From Peptostreptococcales bacterium (GTDB taxonomy: Bacteria > Bacillota > Clostridia > Peptostreptococcales > Anaerovoracaceae), in NCBI GenBank assembly GCA_038248745.1, contig JBBRXC010000001.1, positions 264 through 64,263 of the forward strand: a stretch of 64,000 nucleotides of DNA, in the 5' to 3' direction. This document shows, in pieces, positions 58,640-64,000 of the stretch. The notes beneath the pieces are model-generated. The model was not told the origin of the DNA, ran no database searches, and saw nothing but the letters and a program-made list of their open reading frames with translations. Made by a program: the position numbers and the translations under genes. Positions within the stretch are counted from its first letter, which is position 1. Each line of letters starts with the position of its first letter.

Positions 58640-60292
58640 TTATTTACCCCTAGTCTTATTTTGATCTTTGCTAGCAGCATAAAACTTATGTCCTCCGGAA
58701 AGGTTATAAACGTTTTTAAACCCGCGAGCAAGCAGAATATTTTGTGCGGCATTGCCCGTAGTGCCCTTATTACAGTATGCTATGGTCATTTTTTTAGGGT
58801 CGAGGGCCTCTATTTTTTCTCTCAAATCTTCATGGGATAATTGAATGGCGTCATCAACATGGCCTTTTTTCAAATAATCATCCTGGCTCCTAGCATCAAT
58901 AATCTGTTTTTCCTCTGTAGTATTTCTAAGTTCCTCTGCTGTGATTAGTTTTCTTTCATGGCTGATGGCATTATCAAGAATCATCCCGGTGTAATGAACA
59001 GGATCTTTTGTTGTTGAAAATGGTGGCGCATAGGCCAAATCAATATGAAACAGCTCATCAACGGTCGCCTTATAGGTAATAAGTGTGGCAAAAACGTCTA
59101 TTCTTTTATCAACCCCGTTCATTCCAATAATCTGAACACCCAGCAATCGTTTAGTTTTTCTATCTGCAATGGCTTTAATCACCATTTCTTCTCCATGAAA
59201 ATAGCTGGGCTTGTCCAGTTTAATATTATGACTTATTTCAATATCGTACCCTTCCATTTTGGAATCTTTTTCAGAAAGTCCTGTACTAGCCACTGTCAAA
59301 TCGAATAATTTAAAAATTCCTGTTCCCAGATTTCCTTTATAGGTTAAATCTCCTCCGGTAAGGGAATCTCCAGCGATTCTTCCTGTTTTATTCGCTGTTG
59401 ATCCAAGCGGTCTGTATACAGGTTTTCCAGTTATAATAGAAAATGTCTCAATACAATCACCGCAAGCATATATATTTTCAATGTTTGTCTGCATTCTTTC
59501 ATTCACTTTGATACCACCGGTAATACCTAAGGTTATTCCCGCGCTTAAAGCAAGCGCCGTATTTGGGCGCACCCCAGTCGACATGATTACCATATCAGCC
59601 TCGAGCTTTTGTCCGTCACTCAGCAATACAGTGGTTTCATCTATTATCTGAATACTCCTTGACTTGAGTATCGAAACGCCTCTTTTGAGTAAATCATTTT
59701 CAAGAAATGTCGCCATATCCAGATCTAGATTAGGTGTAATTTTGTCAGCAACTTCAACTACAGTGACATTGATATTCAAGCCTGCTAAATTCTCAAGCAT
59801 TTCAAAACCGATAAATCCGGTTCCTGCAATAACAGCTATCTTCGGTCGCCTAATCTGTATAAATTCTCTGATGGCTATGGCATTTTGCACATTTCGCAGA
59901 AAGAATACATGGGACCTAGCAAGGCCTTCCACTGGTGGAATAAATGGCGATGCTCCCGTTGCAATGACCAGCTTATCATAATAATCCTGGAAGACTCTGC
60001 CCGTTGCCATTTCCTTCACTATTAACATATTACTCTCAGCGTTTATTTCCATTACCTCATACTCAGTTTTTACATCTATATCATATTTTTTCTTAAAAAA
60101 AGAAGCGTCTCTGGGCGTCAGTTCAGAGATATCTTCAACTTCTCCCCCAATATAATAAGGTAGGCCGCACCCTGAGTAGGATATGTCCTGGTCCTTTTCA
60201 TAAATAATTATTTCTGCAAAATCATCATTTCTCCTGGCCTTAGCGGCAGCAGAGGTACCCGCAGCAACAGCTCCTATAACAATGATCCTCAT
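58640..60292 (-). CDS. CoA-disulfide reductase/NADH oxidase-family flavoprotein with a C-terminal rhodanese domain
   Basis: 550 aa. VIGAVAAGTSAAAKA FAD motif, redox Cys in SYSGCGLPYY, second dinucleotide motif VIAGTGFIGFE, and a C-terminal rhodanese loop YCNKGTTG. Confidence 0.8.
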   Translation of the reverse strand: MRIIVIGAVAAGTSAAAKARRNDDFAEIIIYEKDQDISYSGCGLPYYIGGEVEDISELTPRDASFFKKKYDIDVKTEYEVMEINAESNMLIVKEMATGRVFQDYYDKLVIATGASPFIPPVEGLARSHVFFLRNVQNAIAIREFIQIRRPKIAVIAGTGFIGFEMLENLAGLNINVTVVEVADKITPNLDLDMATFLENDLLKRGVSILKSRSIQIIDETTVLLSDGQKLEADMVIMSTGVRPNTALALSAGITLGITGGIKVNERMQTNIENIYACGDCIETFSIITGKPVYRPLGSTANKTGRIAGDSLTGGDLTYKGNLGTGIFKLFDLTVASTGLSEKDSKMEGYDIEISHNIKLDKPSYFHGEEMVIKAIADRKTKRLLGVQIIGMNGVDKRIDVFATLITYKATVDELFHIDLAYAPPFSTTKDPVHYTGMILDNAISHERKLITAEELRNTTEEKQIIDARSQDDYLKKGHVDDAIQLSHEDLREKIEALDPKKMTIAYCNKGTTGNAAQNILLARGFKNVYNLSGGHKFYAASKDQNKTRGK

Positions 60293-61653
60293 AGTAACCT
60301 CTCCTCTATTCGCTTTGGTGCCACACTTTTATAAGCAGGTCTTATTATTTTGCCCTGATTAACCAGTTCTTCTATCCTATGAGCGCTCCATCCGACTATT
60401 CGCGAGACGGCAAATATTGGGGTGTACAATTCCATTGGTATATCCAGCATTTTATAAACAAGGCCCGAATAAAAGTCTACATTTGTGCTAACCCCTTTGT
60501 ATATTTTACTGGCTTCCCCAATAACTCTAGGGCCTATTTTTTCAACTTTTTCATATAGCAGAAACTCAGCCTCACAACCTTTTTCCTTTGCCAGCATTTC
60601 GGCAGAATTCTTTAAAATCACTGCGCGTGGATCAGAAATCGAATAAACTGCATGTCCAAATCCATAAATTAAACCCGTTTTGTCAAATGCCTCTTTTCGT
60701 AATACAGATCTCAAATAATTTGCGATCTCTTCCTCATCCTCCCAGTTTTTTACCTTTTCTTTCAACTCATCAAACATCATAACAACTTTATTATTAGCAC
60801 CACCATGTCGTGGGCCTTTTAATGAGCCAAGAGCAGCGGCGATAACAGAATAAGTATCTGTTGCAGAAGAAGTGGCCACATGAGTAATAAAGGATGAGTT
60901 GTTACCACCACCATGCTCCGCATGAAGAACAAGAGCTAAATCAAGAAGTTTAGCCTCGAGTTTGGTATATTGGCTGTCAGGCCTAAGCATATGCAGAAAA
61001 TTTTCTGCTGTACTAAGTCCAGGTAATGGTTTATGTATGGATAAACTTTCACGACAATGGTAATGCATAAATGACTGGTACCCATAAACGGCAAGCATTG
61101 GAAAGCAGGCAATAAGCTGTAAACTTTGCCTTAACACGTTTTCGATTGAAATATCATCTGCATCTTCATCCATACTATATAAAACTAAAACTGACCTGGC
61201 AAGCATATTAATCATGTCCTTACTTGGCGCCGTCATTATATTTTCTTTGACGAAAGTATCCGGCAATGTCCTATAGTCTGAAAGTAGTTGGTTAAATTCC
61301 ACCAATTCCTTTTCATTGGGTCTCTCTCCAAAAAGCAGTAAGTAAATGGTCTCTTCAAAGCCAAACCGATCCCCTTTCGTAAATCTCTCAACGATATCCT
61401 CAATTTCATATCCTCTGTAGCTAAGTTTGCCTCGAATGGAGACTCTTTCCCCATTGATATATTCATGGCCGACTGTATCTCCAATTTTAGTTAAACCTGC
61501 CAATACACCTACACCATTGATATCACGCAATCCCTTTTTTACATCATATAAGGTATAAAGATCTGGTTCAATCAAACTACTCTTAATCGAATTCTCTGTC
61601 AGTTTTTTTAGCAAATTTGCTTCATCACTGTCTTTTATAATTATATTATCCAT
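60289..61653 (-). CDS. gltA: Citrate synthase (Si-type, GltA/CitZ family)
   Basis: 454 aa. LHAEHGGGNNS, GPRHGGAN and GFGHAVY motifs. RBS GAGGAG. Confidence 0.88.
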   Translation of the reverse strand: MDNIIIKDSDEANLLKKLTENSIKSSLIEPDLYTLYDVKKGLRDINGVGVLAGLTKIGDTVGHEYINGERVSIRGKLSYRGYEIEDIVERFTKGDRFGFEETIYLLLFGERPNEKELVEFNQLLSDYRTLPDTFVKENIMTAPSKDMINMLARSVLVLYSMDEDADDISIENVLRQSLQLIACFPMLAVYGYQSFMHYHCRESLSIHKPLPGLSTAENFLHMLRPDSQYTKLEAKLLDLALVLHAEHGGGNNSSFITHVATSSATDTYSVIAAALGSLKGPRHGGANNKVVMMFDELKEKVKNWEDEEEIANYLRSVLRKEAFDKTGLIYGFGHAVYSISDPRAVILKNSAEMLAKEKGCEAEFLLYEKVEKIGPRVIGEASKIYKGVSTNVDFYSGLVYKMLDIPMELYTPIFAVSRIVGWSAHRIEELVNQGKIIRPAYKSVAPKRIEERLL

Positions 61654-61666
61654 TTAAATTCTCCTC

Positions 61667-61870
61667 ATTAAAAAGAAAACACCACAGAAAAAATTCTGCG
61701 GCAAATTGTATTTTGGGTTCACCAATAATTAAGTATAAAGCAATACTTAATCATACTCTTCCACCGCTTGCGAGATTAGCTGACGGATTCGGATTGAAAA
61801 GTTAATCCTACACAAATTTGTGATTCACCCCAAGAAATGGTTCTCCCGCTCCATAACTGGATTCAACGTA
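61667..61870 (-). promoter_or_regulatory. ydaO/yuaA-type (c-di-AMP) riboswitch-like leader with a terminator expression platform
   Basis: Minus strand: GGAGCGGGAGAACCA...GGGGTGAATC...TAGGATT(hairpin)AATCCGAATCCGTCAGCTAATCTCGCAAGCG, then CCGCAGA-N6-TCTGTGG plus TGTTTTCTTTTT just before the RBS. Confidence 0.75.
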
Positions 61871-61902
61871 ATAATATATTAACACAAATAAACCCCGTGA
61901 GC

Positions 61903-61965
61903 AAGCCCATTATAAGCATCCGACATTGGGCTTCAAGCCCAATGTCGGATGCTTATAATGGGCTT
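61903..61965. repeat. REPIN-like doublet: two perfect inverted 31-nt REP-like units separated by 1 nt
   Basis: AAGCCCATTATAAGCATCCGACATTGGGCTT (61903-61933), C, AAGCCCAATGTCGGATGCTTATAATGGGCTT (61935-61965). Together they form a 63-nt perfect palindrome. Confidence 0.9.
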
Positions 61966-62000
61966 GGTTTTTGCAAAACCCTTGCAATCACTCACAAAAA

Positions 62001-62035
62001 ATATAGTTGTCCACAGTGCCTGTGGACAACTATAT
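62001..62035 (-). terminator. Intrinsic terminator of htrA (stem carries TTGTCCACA / TGTGGACAA)
   Basis: ATATAGTTGTCCACAG / CTGTGGACAACTATAT perfect 16-bp stem with a 3-nt loop, followed on the minus strand by TTTTTTGTG. Confidence 0.75.
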
Positions 62036-62106
62036 TCTACTAAATTGCTCGTTAAATGCTTCTTTATTTATATGTTTGTTTTTTATTCAATACTTTATCT
62101 AATTAT

Positions 62107-63330
62107 TTAATTTGGCATTTCTCCAAGTTCTAAATTGATTGTTTCCCTATTGTTATTTCCCTTCCTGATTATTTCAAGCTTGATCGTATCTCCTGATTTA
62201 TATTTATAAAGATCATTGATCAGCTGGGTCATTGTCTCTATTTCCTTCTTTTCGATGGCAACGATAATATCACCTTCCTTGATTCCTGCTTTCGCAGCCG
62301 GCGATTCTATGAAAATCTGATTAATATATACTCCTTTTTCTGCTCCCAGTTTTACCTCTGGGTACATCTGCTGATATTCCGCCACGCTACTCCCCTTGAT
62401 GCCAATATATGCTCTATGAAATTCACCATTTGTTTCAATAGCCTCAATAATTGGTTTAGCTGTATTGATTGGAATAGCAAAACCAAGTCCCTCAGCACTC
62501 TGTGCTTTTGCAGAATTAATGCCAATCACATTCCCTTCACTGTTTAAAAGAGGTCCGCCACTGTTTCCTGAATTGATGGAAGCGTCCGTCTGAATTAAAT
62601 TATCCATGGTTGTCTGAGATTGTCCATTTGCAATCGTTATAGATCTATTTAAACCACTAATTACTCCCTGCGTCACGCTACTTTCGAAAGACATGCCTAA
62701 TGGGTTCCCTATAGCTACCGCAAAAGAGCCAACCTTAACTTCATTAGAATCACCAAGCGTTGCAGCAGTAAGTTTGTCTGCGGTTATTTTAACGATAGCA
62801 AGATCAATACTTTTATCACTCCATAAAACTGTTCCTTTCACCTCTCTGCCATCAGCAAGTTTAATTTTAAGAGTATCTGCAGAACCGCCTTCCACAACAT
62901 GCGAATTTGTAAGAATATAACCCTTCTTGTCGACAATGATGCCAGTTCCAACGCCTGATACTTCACCATCTTGGTTTCCAAAAATACTTTGATAGGTAAC
63001 CTTCGTTGTGGTGCTGATCCCTACTACAGAAGGAATCACTTTTTCTGCAACTGCCTCTGCTGAACTAACATTATCATTTGGCGTAATAGTAATTTTATTG
63101 TACCCCATGGTTTGATTTGCAAAATAAAGTGCTGCCATTCCGCCACCGAAACCAGCTCCGGCAGCCAAAAGTACAATCAAAAATATTGCAACAATTTTTT
63201 TGGTGATATTATTTTTTCTATTATTTAAATTTATATTTTCTTTTTCAAACACTATTGGATCCTCATCCTTTACATCATCTTTTATATCTTCTTTTGCATC
63301 ATCTCGTACATCATCTTTTATATCTTCCAT
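62107..63330 (-). CDS. htrA: HtrA/DegP-family serine protease with a PDZ domain
   Basis: 407 aa. Acidic repeat N-terminus, TM segment, trypsin-like domain (TNSHVV, GNSGGPL) and a C-terminal PDZ domain. Confidence 0.9.
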   Translation of the reverse strand: MEDIKDDVRDDAKEDIKDDVKDEDPIVFEKENINLNNRKNNITKKIVAIFLIVLLAAGAGFGGGMAALYFANQTMGYNKITITPNDNVSSAEAVAEKVIPSVVGISTTTKVTYQSIFGNQDGEVSGVGTGIIVDKKGYILTNSHVVEGGSADTLKIKLADGREVKGTVLWSDKSIDLAIVKITADKLTAATLGDSNEVKVGSFAVAIGNPLGMSFESSVTQGVISGLNRSITIANGQSQTTMDNLIQTDASINSGNSGGPLLNSEGNVIGINSAKAQSAEGLGFAIPINTAKPIIEAIETNGEFHRAYIGIKGSSVAEYQQMYPEVKLGAEKGVYINQIFIESPAAKAGIKEGDIIVAIEKKEIETMTQLINDLYKYKSGDTIKLEIIRKGNNNRETINLELGEMPN

Positions 63331-63592
63331 TTTAATACCCTCCTACTAATTAATTTTGCTTTATTTTCTCATTTAAATGTGTTGATTTTATGATGATTTT
63401 GCGCTTAATACAAAATATTTTTCATAATTCCATTAAAATTAATATCATTTACTATTTTTATATGGTTTTTGGGAATATATATACGGACATTCCCATTTAT
63501 TAGCCAGCGCTCAATTGAGTTTAACACTTTTAGATGTTACAATAATTTTATAAACCACCCTTAGACATAAATTTAAAGAATGGAAGGTAATT

Positions 63593-64000
63593 ATGATGAA
63601 TGAGTATTTCGAAACACCTGTAAAGGATTTCAAAATTAGATTTGCTGAAGTCGAGGATATACCGTTGATTCTTGAGTTCATAAAAAATTTGGCTGATTAT
63701 GAACATATGCTAAACGAAGTAGTTGCTACAGAAGAAATATTAAAAGTATCTTTATTTGATAAAAAGCAGGCTGAAGTGATTATTGGTGAATACAAAGGGG
63801 AACCGGTAGGTTTTGCCTTGTTCTTCCACAATTTTTCAACTTTTCTTGGCAAAGCGAACCTTTATCTAGAAGATTTATTCGTAAAGCCAGAAATGCGTGG
63901 AAAAGGGTTCGGTAAAATATTATTATCATTTCTAGGGAAAATTGCTGTGGACAGAGGATGCGGTCGTCTAGATTGGTGGTGCCTAGACTGGAATACTTCC
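63593..64000 (+). CDS. GNAT family (spermidine/diamine acetyltransferase-like) N-acetyltransferase, 3' end beyond the window
   Basis: My translation from ATG at 63593 (GGAAGG RBS) reads MMNEYFETPVKDFKIRFAEVEDIPLILEFIKNLADYEHM...LEDLFVKPEMRGKGFGKILL. Typical GNAT motif A. Confidence 0.75.
   Translation, partial: MMNEYFETPVKDFKIRFAEVEDIPLILEFIKNLADYEHMLNEVVATEEILKVSLFDKKQAEVIIGEYKGEPVGFALFFHNFSTFLGKANLYLEDLFVKPEMRGKGFGKILLSFLGKIAVDRGCGRLDWWCLDWNTS

Noticed and set aside
61667-61870. Alternative identities for the citrate synthase leader: cobalamin riboswitch or T-box
   Set aside because: The GGGAGAACC...GGTGAATC segment superficially recalls the B12 element, but no B12 box (GCCACTG-like) is present. 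No T-box GGTGGTACCGCG motif or specifier architecture is present either. The CCGAATCCGTCAGCTAATCTCGCAAGCG block is characteristic of the ydaO class.
61837-62043. 68-aa ORF (and 32980..33177, 65 aa) lying in intergenic repeat regions
   Set aside because: Both are composed of the palindromic REP-like units and terminator hairpins. They have no RBS, and their translations merely mirror the palindromes.
63500-63527. CIRCE/CtsR-type heat-shock operator upstream of htrA (TTAGCCAGCGCTCAATTGAGTTTAACAC)
   Set aside because: It resembles only the first few bases of CIRCE (TTAGCACTC-N9-GAGTGCTAA). There is no matching inverted half and no GGTCAAA direct repeats.

Overview
Chromosomal window from a low-GC Firmicute. 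Gene content looks Clostridia-like: SigI/RsgI pair, desulfoferrodoxin, AbfD-like dehydratase, ACT+UPF0210 pair. I count about 65 protein genes, mostly on the minus strand and tightly packed, with many 1-8 nt overlaps. Most are housekeeping or metabolic: dnaE, pyk, typA, ung, an ABC-F ATPase, an Opu-type osmoprotectant ABC transporter, mscL, fdhD/mobA, bioY, a ClC channel, uvsE, a MacAB-like efflux system, gpx, citrate synthase and htrA. I saw no rRNA, tRNA, CRISPR array, transposase, integrase or phage genes. The ORF track uses alternative start codons, so I re-set several starts to an ATG preceded by a GGAGG-type RBS. Five things deserve a second look. (1) A leader with the conserved core of the ydaO-type c-di-AMP riboswitch plus a terminator sits directly upstream of a citrate synthase / CoA-disulfide-reductase-rhodanese / S41 peptidase / GNAT / membrane protein operon. 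(2) A flavin-based extracellular electron transfer (EET)-type locus: NDH-2 with a membrane extension, polyprenyl synthase, NusG-II protein, Gx/Hpt-I membrane protein, FMN-binding lipoprotein with an SGAT flavinylation motif, and ApbE. (3) A perfectly conserved 31-nt palindromic REP/REPIN-like repeat at three loci, including a 320-bp MITE-like composite palindrome that supplies gene ends, associated with terminator hairpins that all carry TTATCCACAGG, a DnaA-box 9-mer. (4) An unannotated, strongly RBS-preceded 34-codon lysine/poly-A-rich ORF immediately upstream of an eRF1/Pelota-like (baeRF-like) gene, next to a SigI/RsgI module. (5) A 16-bp x 3.5 tandem repeat in the promoter region of the opu operon. 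All functional calls come from motif recognition by eye; no searches were run.
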